Positions 19,776 through 32,625 are shown, counted from the stretch's first letter. The stretch: 64,000 bases of DNA from an uncultured Methanosarcinaceae archaeon (GCA_963833425.1 CAWHXP010000013.1:96001-160000), one strand, 5' to 3'. Notes: generated from the letters alone by a model not told the origin. Made by a program: numbers and translations.

Positions 19776-22700
19776 TTAATTATACTTAACCATTATAGTT
19801 ATTGTAGAACTTTTATCAAATACTTTAATAAAGCTTATAACTACATTTTCATCATAGTACCAGGAATTCGCACTAAAATCTTTGAGGCTTTTGTTTCTTT
19901 CTGCGATGTTTCCGTTAGATATCAAAGGAATTTGTACGCCGTCAACTTTTACGCTATCAATAGGGCCCGTGTTGCCTTTCTTCTCTGTGGGTTCATGGAG
20001 AATACCTACAAAAAAGTAATCTTCATATTTTGGAGTATATTTGTCATGGACTCGTTTGATGGTTACTTGCCTCGTAACTGAATCCAGATATTTATGGCTA
20101 ACTTCGGTAGCCCTATACTCATCATTTGCCTTTTCATCACAGTTAATACCCTTTGCAGCAGAGGAACGGCTTACTCCATCATCAAGGTACATGATGTAGC
20201 TCCTTTTTGAATCGCCAGGGTATATATTGATTGTGATGGGATTTGGCTCTTTTTGGCTGTTAAGTTCTCCTACATATTGCTCTAGCTCTATTGTAGGGAT
20301 TATAGCCCCCGCTCTTACATAGAGAGGCATAATAAATGGCAAATGATTGCTGTCTTCACTTATATATGAATTATAGTTGATGGTAGTTCCTCCTTCAACA
20401 GGAGCAGCCAAAGATTGTTTGTTATCTGTGAAGCAATACCAGTTGCTTCCTGCAGGAAGATATACATTTCTCCAGACTTTGCTCTTATCTAGTATTGGGG
20501 CTACAAGAAAGTCGTTTCCTACAATAAATTGAGTGTTTAAAAATTCAAGCTTGTCATTAAACAAAGTATCATCATCATCAGTAAGGAACATAGCCCTACA
20601 TATTGGCATTCCGTTGAGAGTGTTTTCAAACATTCTATCATAAAATAATTGCATAAGCCTATATCGGAGTTCTATATAGTATTTGCATACAGGAAGCACT
20701 GCTCTGTACATATATTTGTAATCGTCCGGTATGTGGTCAACTACTGTCTGATACATATAAGGTTCTTGAAACAGTTTTTTCCCAGGTTTGCCAGAAGAGG
20801 GGTTCCTGAACCATGGAAGGAATGCGCCCATAACTGTCCAGCGTATTAATAACTCTGGATCTGCCCATTGCTCATCGTTTTCCTGCTCAAACCCACCGAT
20901 ATCCTGCCCAGCCAGCGCTTGTCCAGTTAATCCAAGTGCTAGGACCTACGAGATATTGATTTTTAGGAAATCCCAACTGGAACAATTGTCTCCGGTCCAC
21001 AACCCTGCAAACCTATGGGCACCAGTAAAGCAACCTCTACCAATTATGAAGTTGCGGGTGTTTTCTCTTCCTGGCAAGTAGTTCAACCCATAGTAAGTGG
21101 CCTTGTGAAGATTATACGCATAAAAGTTCCACATCTTGATAAAAGGAGTTTTAGGGTATTGTGAAGTTCCATCGCCATCCTGTTCAAACGTTCTTACAAA
21201 ATCGTTTGTAACCAAAAGCCTCGCAGGGAATGATTTCATATCCCTACGCCACTGAGCGATACATGGGGTTGTCATATCCTGCCAAATCATTTCCAATCCC
21301 ATGTTAAAAAGATATCTATATTGCTCTCCCCACCAGATTCTGACCTCTTTCCGCCCAAAATCCGGGTAATGTCCTGTTGTACCCCAATTATCCCCGTAAT
21401 TAATTTCTCCTATATAAGGAGCCCCACTGTTAAAATCCAACCCCTTGTAATCGAGTGAACATTCACTCCCTCCAACGTAACAATAATATTTTCTGGCATC
21501 AGCGCTTCCGGCGTCATAACGTTCATCAGTAACAAAATACCCTTTATTGACACCATCAAAGTAGGTATTATAAGTTGGATTTTTATCAGGATCTCCTGCA
21601 TCATATGGATTTTCATTGCTTATTATGGGAGTTATGTTTGTACTACACTTGATTCCTCTGTTTCTGAGATTTGAGAACATTCCCTTCGGATCAGGAAATT
21701 TTGAAGTGTCGATTGTAAATGTCTTATAATCCTTTTGCATGTCCACATCTATGTGGATACCATCCAAAGGTATCTTACAATCTCTGTATTTCTCTGCGCA
21801 GTTGTCCACCTTTTCTCTGTTGTCATATCCATAGCATCCCTGATGGTATCCAAGAGCATATCGTGGCTTTAACCTAGATTTGCCTACTATAGATGTAAAT
21901 GCATCTATTATTTCAGTACAATCCTTTCCAAGAAAGAAGTAGTAGTCCATTTCTCCGAACCTACTGCCGAACATATAGCGTGAAGAATTAAGATACCTTA
22001 TATCCATGCAAATTTCAGATGGATTGTCTATAAATATTCCATCTACGCTCTTTTTGCCGGGCACACCATAAAATTCCATGAAAAATGGATCAGAATGGTA
22101 TAAAGGCTCCCTTTCATCCAAAGGACCATTATTATATACTTGGGAGTACCGCATGTTGTCGAAATTAAAGTATGTAAGTTGTGCAGTATTTTCAGAAAGT
22201 TGTATACCTCCATGTTCTCCAAAACCGATGTACTTAGCTGTTCCGGGCTTGTTCATTGATTGTATTATGTTGTATTCGCCGTCAAAACCATTTTCAATGA
22301 AATATATACCAGGAACAGATGTTGACATGACTTGAAATTCCTCATCCCCATCAAATCCAAAAATTGTTATGAAAAATGGTACATAATTAATGACCATTTT
22401 CATATTAGATTTTTTGCTGGCGTCGACTGTAATAAGTTCTAAACTTCCTGTTTTTCTAGCTATATTCACGGTGAAATCGGCTATTTTTTCCCTTAAAATA
22501 TCAAACTCGTTCAAAATAAGCGAGCGAGTATTATACAGAGAATAACCTTCTGAATTTTCTTTTCCGGGATGAAACCTTATCCTAAATATATCTTCACGCA
22601 CAAACTGTATAAGCATGCTATGATTTTCACCGTTACTTTCGGTAAGCATTAAAGCCAAATCTTTGTTATCTTTATAGAGGCCCTGAATAGATGCATTTTC

Positions 22701-22787
22701 AATTGTATGCCAGTTTTTATAATCATCAAAAAAATTTTCCACTCTTATAAACTTGAAACAATTGCTTGAAGAAATCAAAATTTCCAC
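19776..22787 (-). CDS. GH31 alpha-glucosidase / alpha-1,4-glucan lyase-like protein with one in-frame TAG (Pyl readthrough candidate or pseudogene)
   Basis: GYHQGCYGY, LDGIHIDVD, IWQDMTTP (nucleophile), WTGDN (acid/base); KINIS-TAG-VLALGLTGQALAGQDIGGF continues in frame into the 351-aa ORF. Confidence 0.85.
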
Positions 22788-23530
22788 TCCTTTCTTTAAT
22801 TAATAAAATTCTAGATTTATTCCAAGTTCAGATATTTCTGCTAACATATTTTTGTAAAGGATAGTGTCCAAAATATAATGCAAATATTCATCCAAAGTAA
22901 GTTATACTACAGTCAAACTAATTATAATTAAATATCATGTAAAATAATTCTTCATTATATATCAATTTAAACAGATTGTTGAATGTATTAATGTTTGAAA
23001 GTGAGATTTTCCTTATCATTTCTCATTATTTTTTAGGCTTTTGATAAATAACAGTCGAATTAAAAATTAAATGTTTATCGCCTTTTTTATGCACAGTTTT
23101 TGTGATTAAACCTGAGCATCTTATTTTAGACAGACTATATTGAAAACTTTATAAAGTAAGGAAATAATTATTGCTTTGCACGGCAAACCAAAAAAACATT
23201 CTATAATAAATTAGATACGGTTGATATGTATATCGTAAAGAGTGTTTTCTTTCCAATTCAGTATGAATTTTTATTTCCATACTAGTTAATTTATTGAAAG
23301 GGCGGACACATAACCCATTATATTGCAAATGAACATTTGTTGGATATCCATTTACTAGAAATACTATTTTTGCTTCGAGCTTGCTCCCTTTAACGACATA
23401 TACATATTGATTACCTGTAAAAGCATCAAAGGTTGTTAGATCTTCATTCTATTGAAGTCCATCAATGGTACTATATTTGTCTTTAGATCCAAAATGTAAT
23501 CAATTTACTTTATAATGGAGACTAGATAAA

Positions 23531-23637
23531 ATGAGCAAAAAAATAATCAAGATTGAAATGGTAGCATTACTAATGCTAGTGATTTGTGGTTCAATGGTCA
23601 ATGCTTGGCCATGGGGTAATAACGACGACAACCAAAA
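23531..23637 (+). pseudogene. 5' fragment of a secreted-protein gene cut by IS6
   Basis: GGAG RBS then signal-peptide-like MSKKIIKIEMVALLMLVICGSMVNA-WPWG, ending at the IS6 TIR. Confidence 0.55.
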
Positions 23638-24502
23638 GGTTCCGTTGCAAAAAATCCTTTCTACTGATACAATAGAATAAAAAGAAAATCAAAGATAGTA
23701 ACATGCTATCTAATTCCTTTAAATGGAAGCATTATGAAGGGGAAATTATCCTATTAAATGTAAGATGGTACTTAAAATATGCATTAAATTATAGAAATTT
23801 AAAGGAACTGATGGCAGAAAGGGGAGTAAAAGTCGACCATACAACAATCATGAGATGGGTACATCAATATTCCCCTGAAATAGAAAAGAAGATAAGAAGA
23901 CATTTAAGACCAACAAATGATTCGCGGAGAGTTGATGAAACCTATATCAAAGTAAAAGGTAAATGGAAATATCTGTATCATGCGGTTGACTCAAATGGGG
24001 ATACAATTGATTTCATGTTAAGTTCAAAACGAAATAGAAAAGCAGCGAAGAGATTCTTTAAGAAAGCTTTAAGTTTTAATCATAATCAAATTCCAAGAGA
24101 AATAACAGTTGATAAAAATCCAGCTTATCCACCTGCTATAGACGAACTGAAAAATGATAAAATACTACCTAAAAAACGTAGGCATTCGACAAATCAAGTA
24201 TTTGAATAACATTATAGAATAAGATCATAGATCTGTAAAGAGAATCGTTAATCCAATGTTAGGATTTCAGTCTTTTCGATCTGCTAATAAGACTTTAAAA
24301 GGAATTGAAATCATAAATATTATGAGACAAGGACAGGTTGACACTTTAAATCAATGTGTCCTTGCTGAAGTCAATTTTATAAACAAGTTATTCGGAATAG
24401 CTACCTAAATCTAGATGTTACCTGAGAAATATTCTGCTTTTTATGTTCTTTGCTGTGAAACTAAATTTTTGCTTCAATATTATGATTTTATGCAACAGAA
24501 CC
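23638..24502 (+). mobile_element. IS6-family element, frameshifted transposase, divergent 3' end
   Basis: TIRs at both ends; RVDETY motif; extra A in CCTAAAAAACG. Confidence 0.95.
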
Positions 24503-24836
24503 AATTTTGTTAACTTAGACGTGAATTTGCATCATGTTGTCTTTTTTCCTTTTTGTCTTAATTTGGCTTCAGCCTTTTGCATACTTACTAGAATTTTTTT
24601 GATATGGAAGGCCTGTTAATATTTTTAATTTTTGTATAGATGTTTTTATTCTCTTTTAATTGCTGGAGAGATCTTCTCTAATTTGTCTTTACTAAATATA
24701 TACCTCAATATATATCGATTGGTTTCGTTTACGCTATATTTAATACATACTAATTATATATATCATTTAATGTGCATTTAGGATTTTGATAGAAATTTTC
24801 TTTTAAATTATAGTTACGACAGAAACAAGATATTGT

Positions 24837-25513
24837 ATGGAAAAGGAAAGGAGTTATGGTATGCAGAAAATTATAAAAAATAACATAAATAAGGCTAACC
24901 TTACAAGAATTAATCACAACGAGAGTAACTTTAAGAGATCTAATCTTATAGGGATTGATCTTAGAAAAGCTAACCTAAAAGAATCTTACTTTGAAGGAGT
25001 TAATCTTATGGGAGCTAAACTCGAAGGAGCTAACCTTGAGGGGGCAAACCTTAGAGGAGCTAACCTCAAATGGGTTAATCTTAAAGGAGCTAACCTTGTA
25101 GGAGCAAATCTTATAGAACTAATTTCTTTGGAGCTGACCTTCAAAAAGCTAATCTTGAAAAAGTTAATCTTGAAAAAGCTAATCTTGAAGGAACTATCCT
25201 TGTAGAAGCTAACCTTGAAAAAGCTAACCTTATGGGAGCTAATCTTCAATGGGTTTACCTTAAAGGAGTTAACCTTAAAGAAGTAGACCTTCAAGAAGCT
25301 AACCTCAAAGATGCTTACCTTAAAGATGCTTACCTTGAGAAGGCTAATCTTAAGAAGGCTAACCTTGAAGCTGCTTTCCTTGGAGAAGCTTACGGATTAT
25401 CACTTGAACAACTTTCTAAAGTGAAAACATTTTATGATACTAAATTAGACGAAAAACTTCTCATACCATTAAGAGAGAAGTATCCTGTCCTTTTTGAAGA
25501 AACTAACGGATGA
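24837..25513 (+). pseudogene. Pentapeptide-repeat protein, frameshifted
   Basis: ANLxx repeats over two frames; C-terminus LSKVKTFYDTKLDEKLLIPLREKYP. Confidence 0.85.
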
Positions 25514-25650
25514 GCGGATATTATCAAAATTTCCAACCTGACTTATTATATTTAGTTATCTTCTTATGATTAGTGCACATGGTTTATCTTAAAATTTTTG
25601 AATTTTCTAAGTTCCATTCAAAATGAGGAAACATTGCTGATCGATGACTC

Positions 25651-25731
25651 ATGGAGCTTATGGAGCATATTGAACGTTTGGATCTCATGGAACACTTAAA
25701 ACTAATTAAACAAACGTACAATTATAACTAG
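25651..25731 (+). CDS. Candidate 26-aa microprotein (MELMEHIERLDLMEHLKLIKQTYNYN), copy 2
   Basis: ATG..TAG, colinear with copies 1 and 3. Confidence 0.4.
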   Translation: MELMEHIERLDLMEHLKLIKQTYNYN

Positions 25732-25789
25732 AAAAGCTGGCACAAATATTGCAAGACTTTTAAACAACAATAAAATCATGCGAGTCAAT

Positions 25790-26239
25790 TTTAATTGCTT
25801 TTTCGTATAAGTTTACTGGTTTTGTCATATATTATTATTGGCTTTGTCAAGTGCTTTTAATGCTTCATCATATTTATTTAATTTAGTTAGAGCAATTCCT
25901 TTAATTGCTCGAAGCTACTGAATCATATGGGTTACTTTAAATTACTTTGTCATATGCTTCTAGTGCTTCATGGTATTTTTCCGAGCTTAGTAGATGTGCC
26001 GCTTTATGGAGCCAGGCATCTTCATTTTTTGGGTTAATTTCAATTGCTTTGTCATATGCTTCTAGTGCTTCATTGAACTTGGATGAGCTCAGTAGCTTGT
26101 CTCCTTTATGAACCCAAGCATTTGAAGATTGCTCCGAAACTGTGATAACCACTAGGATTAAAAATTCAAGCATAGTAATTCCTAAAGCCGTTATGATGAT
26201 ATGCCTTCGATTTGTTTTATCATATTTCACTATTTTCAT
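25790..26239 (-). pseudogene. Membrane-anchored TPR protein, truncated
   Basis: N-terminal TM; EALEAYDKAIEINPKNEDAW repeats; further TPR-like sequence continues after the stop. Confidence 0.75.
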
Positions 26240-26386
26240 TTTCAGCCTCTGATATTTGGTTGTATAAATGAAAAATAACTAAATAATTACACATAGCTTA
26301 ATACTCGCGCTATAAATTAAACATTCATACTTGATAAATATATTTAGTACATTATTAGGCACTTGAAGATCAGGGTTTGTGGAAAC

Positions 26387-27240
26387 AGTTTCGTTGCAAA
26401 AACTTCAAAAAAATATGTAAATCTATAAGTAATTAATAAAAATCAAAATATTCAAGGAAAATGTATTAACATTATAAAACTATACCAAATAATTGATTAA
26501 TGTATTTGACTTCATTAAGAGCAGAGTAATTTAGATCGATTACTTGTCCTTTTTTGATCATATTTATAGCTTCAATTCCTTTTAAAGTCTTATTAGCAGA
26601 TCGAAAAGACTGAAATCCTAACATTGGATTAACGATTCGCTTTATAGATCTGTGATCTTGTTCTATAATGTTATTCAAATACTTGATTTGTCGAATGCCT
26701 ACGTTTTTTAGGTAGTATTTTATCATTTTTCAGTTTATTTATAGCAGGTGGATAAGCTGGATTTTTATCAACTGTTATTTCTCTTGGAATTTGATTATGA
26801 TTAAAACTCAAAGCTTTCTTAAAGAATCTCTTCGCTGCTTTTCTATTTCGTTTTGAACTTAACATAAAATCGATTGTATCTCCAGTTGAATCAACCGCAT
26901 GATACAGATATTTCCATTTATCTTTTACTTTTATATAGGTTTCATCAACTCTCACGAATAGTTTGTTGGTCTTAAATGTCTTCTTATCTTCTTTTCTATT
27001 TCAGGGGAATATTGATGTACCCATCTCATGATTGTTGTATGGTCGACTTTTACTCCCCTTTCTGCCATCAGTTCCTTTAAATTTCTATAATTTAATGCAT
27101 ATTTTAAGTACCATCTTACATTTAATAGGATAATTTCTCCTTCATAATGCTTCCATTTAAAGGAATTAGATAGCATTTATCATTCTCTTGATTTCCTCTT
27201 TATTTATTGCATATTTCTGATGAATTTTTGCAACAGGACC
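26387..27240 (-). mobile_element. IS6-family element, split transposase, divergent 5' end
   Basis: Three ORF pieces; TIRs AGTTTCGTTGCAAAA / TTTTTGCAACAGGACC. Confidence 0.95.
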
Positions 27241-27825
27241 CTGAATTTTCAGTGTCTTCCATCTCGAAGAGAAGAATATCTTCTTCTTAAGGGAGTACAA
27301 TCTTTGGTTGCATTTTGCGAGAACCTGCGAGTAAAATCTGTCTAGGACTTTGTAGGCTGAGAGGAGATCTACATCTAAAAAAATATTTAACATTGCCAGT
27401 CCTATAATTTTTACATTTTAAGAGGAGGGAAATAACCAGTTTGCACATTTGAGGGAGATAAGCAATATACAGGCAACTTTTATAACGATTCAGATAATAC
27501 CTCCGGCCCGATAATAAAATATGTTAGATCTAGCCTGCAGCAGATTTCAACGTTATTGAGTCGATATGATTGATTTCCAGTCCACAAGAAGCACTACCAG
27601 GTAGTGAACCTAGTCTCTGGTAGTACAATATTTAACATAGTGTATCCAATTCGTATCATGAACTGTCATGTCTAAGTAGTACAATTAGAGGTATTTAAAG
27701 GATTGGGAGAACGAAAAATATGCAAGAGAGCTTTCAAATTTAAAGCAAAATTCTACAGAACGAAAAAATTTTCAAATTTAGATGGCGATAAACCTTTACA
27801 TTATGATAGACATAAAAGGACAAAC

Positions 27826-29700
27826 ATGACACGGTACTTTGAGATTGAAAAAAGAGATGGAGCAGCCAGAATAGGGAAACTTTTACTAGTACCCGAACTT
27901 CATACTCCCTGCATTATTAGTGCTTCAGAGCTCGGAAATATTAAAAATCCTGGCTCTATTGTCGATGTAGGTAGCTTTTGGGATATAGAATCCCATGCAA
28001 AGCTTGAAGAACGCGTAAAACAAATCCGGGATAAAACAAAAAATGGGACTCTTATAATCCTGCCGCATCAGGTTTATCCCCCTTATATCCCAATCGGATC
28101 AAGGGGAAAAATAAGAACGTTAACCATTGATTGTGGGGAAAAAACGAAAGGCCCCCTAGGTTCCTTCCTCAGGATAGGTGAAGATATTCAAAAAAGTGAC
28201 ATTTACATAATGGAGGGGGCAGGGATCCTTGAAAACAATGCTCGAAAGTTTCTTGAAACCCTTTTTGAGCTGAAAGATCGTATTCCCCCTGATACAGCAT
28301 TATATGCTCCAAACATAGCACTTCCTGAAAATATAGCAATGTTGATCTATTTTGGAATCGATATTCTGGATGATACCAGGGCAGTAATTGCAGCCTATTC
28401 AGATATTTATGTCATAAATTCAGACAGTTTTCATCTTGAAACCTTGAGAGAATTTCCATGCAGATGCAAGATATGTGTTCACACGAGTCCCGCAGAGCTA
28501 AGAAATCTTCCGAAAAATGATAGAGCAAAATTCCTTATAGCCCACAATAGGAATGCCCTTGAGTCAGAGCTTTCCCTTATCCGTGAAAGAATACGAGCAG
28601 GAACACTTCGGGAATATGTTGAAGGCCAGTGCAGGGTCAAGCCCTGGCTCACAGCTCTGCTACGCCTTGGAGATTGTGAATATTCTTATCTTGAGGAAAA
28701 AATTCCTGCTTTCCGGCAAAACCAGCTCCTTGCAGATACTTCGGAAGCGCTATCTCGAATAGAAGTGACACGGTTTGCGAAGCGTGTACATGACAGATAT
28801 ACGCCTCCAGATCTTGATATCCTACTGATTCTCCCATGTGCAGCCAAAAAACCATATTCAACCTCTCAATCTCATCAGAAATTCATTTTGACCCTCGGAA
28901 AATATCGCAAATTTATCCATGAAATTATATTAACTTCGCCCCTTGGAATAGTGCCCAGAGAACTCGAACTAACATATCCTGCAGCTCATTATGATACTGC
29001 GGTTACGGGACATTGGGAAGAAGGAGAAAAAAGTTGGGTTTCCGGCTGCCTTGAAGCTTATCTCTCAAAATATAGTTATAAGAAAGTGATAGCACATGTA
29101 GAAGGGGGGTACAAAGAAATTTGTGAGAGAGTAGCAAAAAAACTTGAAATTGAAATCACCTACACAGCTAAAAAAAACCTTTTGTCGATAGAAGCTCTTT
29201 CAAATCTAAGAAATGTTGTCGAATCATTTTGCACAGCCGAAGATTTTAGCAAGAAAAGCTCGAGTGCAGAAGAAAAAAAGAAGAATATAATGAAGGCAAT
29301 TGCAACTTATCAATTCGGAGAAGCCGGTAGACTTCTCTTCTATGAAAACGCAGAAAAGCTTGTTGTCAAAGGACATTTCCCAAAGTATCAGCTCTTTGTC
29401 GGGAAAAAACAATTTGCAACTTTAGTTCCACAGTATGGCACGCTTGCACTTTCGCTTGACGGAGGGGGACTTATGTCAAAAAATGAGAAATATGTGGTAA
29501 ATATTGATAATTTTATCCCATGTACTTCCGTTCTTGCTCCGGGAATACTGAAAGCAGATCCTCAAATACGACCTAATGATGAAGTGATTGTTATTGGAAA
29601 TCGAGCCCTCTGCGTAGGCAGGGCACTTATGAGCGGAAATGAAATGACAAAATCTAATAGAGGAGTTGCTGTGGATATTCGGCACACTAAGAAACTTTGA
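27826..29700 (+). CDS. arcS: Archaeosine synthase subunit alpha (TgtA2/ArcS)
   Basis: RDGAARIG N-terminus, LPCAAKKPYS.SQSH, TSPLGIVPRELE..YP..HYD, C-terminal PUA domain; ATG 27826 preferred over the upstream TTG. Confidence 0.9.
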   Translation: MTRYFEIEKRDGAARIGKLLLVPELHTPCIISASELGNIKNPGSIVDVGSFWDIESHAKLEERVKQIRDKTKNGTLIILPHQVYPPYIPIGSRGKIRTLTIDCGEKTKGPLGSFLRIGEDIQKSDIYIMEGAGILENNARKFLETLFELKDRIPPDTALYAPNIALPENIAMLIYFGIDILDDTRAVIAAYSDIYVINSDSFHLETLREFPCRCKICVHTSPAELRNLPKNDRAKFLIAHNRNALESELSLIRERIRAGTLREYVEGQCRVKPWLTALLRLGDCEYSYLEEKIPAFRQNQLLADTSEALSRIEVTRFAKRVHDRYTPPDLDILLILPCAAKKPYSTSQSHQKFILTLGKYRKFIHEIILTSPLGIVPRELELTYPAAHYDTAVTGHWEEGEKSWVSGCLEAYLSKYSYKKVIAHVEGGYKEICERVAKKLEIEITYTAKKNLLSIEALSNLRNVVESFCTAEDFSKKSSSAEEKKKNIMKAIATYQFGEAGRLLFYENAEKLVVKGHFPKYQLFVGKKQFATLVPQYGTLALSLDGGGLMSKNEKYVVNIDNFIPCTSVLAPGILKADPQIRPNDEVIVIGNRALCVGRALMSGNEMTKSNRGVAVDIRHTKKL

Positions 29701-29764
29701 GCCTTTTGTCTCAACAATTCAATTATTTGTCACAATAATCTCTGAATCCCTTCCTATCTTCATT

Positions 29765-29990
29765 TCAGAGACAAAACTTGAAGATGATGAAATAAATTTT
29801 CTTATGAACTTTGTGAAAAAGCGACAAAAAAATCAAGAGAACTAACAAGAATAAATATCTTACAACTGTAAAACCAACATAAAGGAAGAACAAAAATAAT
29901 GGAAACATCAGGTTTTTTTAGGAATTCTGTTTTGATAATAAAAAAGACAGTTTGAAGAAGGTACTCAAAGGGCATCCAAATTTTTGTCAA
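29765..29990 (+). pseudogene. IS630-like transposase N-terminal (HTH) remnant
   Basis: KLEDDEINFLMNFVKK..KKSRELTRINIL resembles IS630 N-termini; recognised by eye. Confidence 0.45.
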
Positions 29991-31429
29991 ACGCACCTTT
30001 CATTTTCAATAGCTTAGTTTTTCCTAATATCAGACCTAATTGATTAAAGTTTTAATATTTCAATCATAAAAAGACATCAACCCGCTTAGTATCTAGGCCT
30101 TTCTATCCAGCTTATTGTCACCATTTCAAATGTGTGATAGCTACCAAAAATAAATAAGAGATCGGTCACTGATAGGCTCAAGTTAAGGTTCTCATCCGAT
30201 GAAAATGTTGGGAAATCGTATACAGTTAACAGAATAAATGGCCAATTTATTATAAGGTCTGCAGTTCTATTTTATTTTGTTTAATTGCAGCTCTTCTATT
30301 CAATTTTCTATTTTTATCCATTAATATACCTTACATATCTCAAAGATGTCTCAAATAGCCTGAGAATTGTTTATATCTAGCTCAAACAATCCATCTTCTA
30401 AATTAACCTATGAGATGGAAGTTTAGGTAATATCTCAGAAGATACCAATACTATATGAGTAGACGATCAACAGTGAAGAACTAAATTGAATTTGATATAG
30501 AATTGAGATAAAACCAACGCATTTGAATTGAAAATGGTAGCATTAAACCTTTGATGGTCAGAAATACGAATTTTAACTTTCAAGCATACTATCTATGCGG
30601 GAATTCATTTTTTTGAAAATTGGTTTTGTCTCTCAAATTGTGTTGTTAATCTCAATCTAGACTTCTATTGAGCGGCAAAAAGGTTATGTAGAATCTATTG
30701 GTGTGGATCAAGTTAAATTACTAGTTTTGGTGGCATATGCAAAAATACCCATAAATCAAATTAACGAAAATCCAATTATATTTAAAAAAATATATATAAT
30801 TAAGAAGGGGATCAAATGCCTGGTGGAATCACAATCTGAAATGGAATTAATTGGGAATCGAAGCACAGCTGGAGTCAAGAAAAAAGCATCATAAAGTATT
30901 TATCCAACAAGGTAAATTACAATATAACTGACTAATAATTGAAAAACAGAGTATCTTTTAGGATAAATTAAGAAAAATATGGTCAAATTTAATCAAATGG
31001 GAAGTAAACAATCAGGTAGATTTCCTCTTTGTCGTGCAGTTCTACTCTTATCCTTAATAACAAAATTTACGCGTGAAGAAGTGATGAAAGAGATGTTTTT
31101 CTCCACTATTTTGTGAATGAGGGCATAAATACAGAGTGATCAGAGACTTTTCCGCTGACTTGATCATTAAAATGTTTTATCAGGCTAGCAGGGAGGTAGT
31201 GAACCTGATACTTGATTCAGATTCATAGCAGGCTAAAAATGAGTTTATAGGGTATGGATTCTAGATTATCTGGCTAGGTCTAGTAAAGAATGAATTTTTT
31301 CATATCACTTATGAGTGATCAGTCAATCATTATGGGAATTAATAACTTACTTACCTCTATTTATCCAGTCAATCAGAAAATCAACCCAAGATACATCAAA
31401 ATAGTGTGAACAGACCAGGTGAATAGAAA

Positions 31430-32625
31430 ATGTTGTACAGAAAAATGCCTAAGAATGAAGACGAAATTTCTGTATTGGGATTTGGGTGCATGCGCTTTCC
31501 AGTTAAAGAAGATGGGAGTATAGATGAAAAAAGAGCCACTAAGCAGATACGCTACTCAATCGATCACTGAGTCAACTACATCGACACGGATTGGCCGTAT
31601 CATATGGGACAAAGTGAGCTTTTTTTGGGGCGACTCTTGCTGACGTATACCGCGAGAAAGTTAAACTTCTACAAAACTTCCCAGCTGAATGGTGGAAAGC
31701 CGAGAAGATATGGACCGTTTCTTGAATTCTCAGCTGGAAAAGCTCAATACCAATCATATTGACTATTACCTCCTCCACGCTCTCGTTGGTGAACTGTGGG
31801 ATAATGTTGAAATGCTTGGTGTAATTGATTTCCTTGATAAAGCCAAAAGTGACGGCCTAATTGTCAACGCAGGTTTTTCTTTCCATGGATCAGCTGACGA
31901 TTTCAAACGGATAGTGGACGCCTATGACTGGGACTTTTGTCAGATCCAGTACAACTTCCTGGACGAAAAAACCAGGCATGTACCGAGGGTTTGGAATATG
32001 CAGCTTCAAAAGCCTTAGCGTAATCATTATGGAGCCCCTCCGTGGAGGGAACCTCACAAGCCCCGTGCCTATCTGCTGTGGAAGATATCTGGGATAAGGC
32101 TCTGACGAAGAGGACCGCTGCAGAATGAGCTATTCGCTGGGGATGGAACCATCAAGAGGTCACGGTTGTCCTTTCCGGGATGAATGAGGAAACACATATT
32201 AAAGAGAATCTTTCAATAGCAGAAAAAGCATACCCAAATTTTTTGACTGAAGCTGAACTGCAGCTAGTAAAAAAAGTTGAGTGGAAGTACCATGAACTAT
32301 GAAAGTAGGCTGTACAGGCCGTATATACTATATGCCCTGTCCAGGAAGGGTGAATATTCCATTTTGTTTTGAAGAGTATGACAATCTGTACATGTCCGAC
32401 AATCCAGACGTGGCAAAGCAATACTATGCTACAAGGTTGAGTGGTGTCATATCTGTTGGAGAGCCCGAATTTGCATACCAGTGTGTACAATGTGGAAAAT
32501 GCCTTGAAAAATGTCCTCAGAACCTTGACATACCAAAGATTCTCGAATCCGTTGTAGAAGAACTTGGAGGACCTGATCTGAAGAAGAGAATTGCTATAGC
32601 AAAACATATATTCACCCGGTCTTAA
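31430..32625 (+). pseudogene. Aldo/keto reductase with C-terminal Fe-S domain, multiply disrupted
   Basis: [51 protein letters not shown]; internal stops and frameshifts. Confidence 0.9.

Noticed and set aside
24168..24180. Programmed -1 frameshift at the A6C run in two IS6 copies
   Set aside because: Relative to the intact A5 copy the run has one extra base and needs a +1 shift; both copies have other lesions
27703..27825. N-terminal extension of ArcS given in the ORF track
   Set aside because: TTG start with non-family sequence; ATG 27826 has an AGGA RBS-like site and gives the expected N-terminus
27599..31208. Repeated 13-mer AGGTAGTGAACCT at 27599 and 31196
   Set aside because: Isolated 13-mer matches are expected by chance in 64 kb, and the flanks do not align
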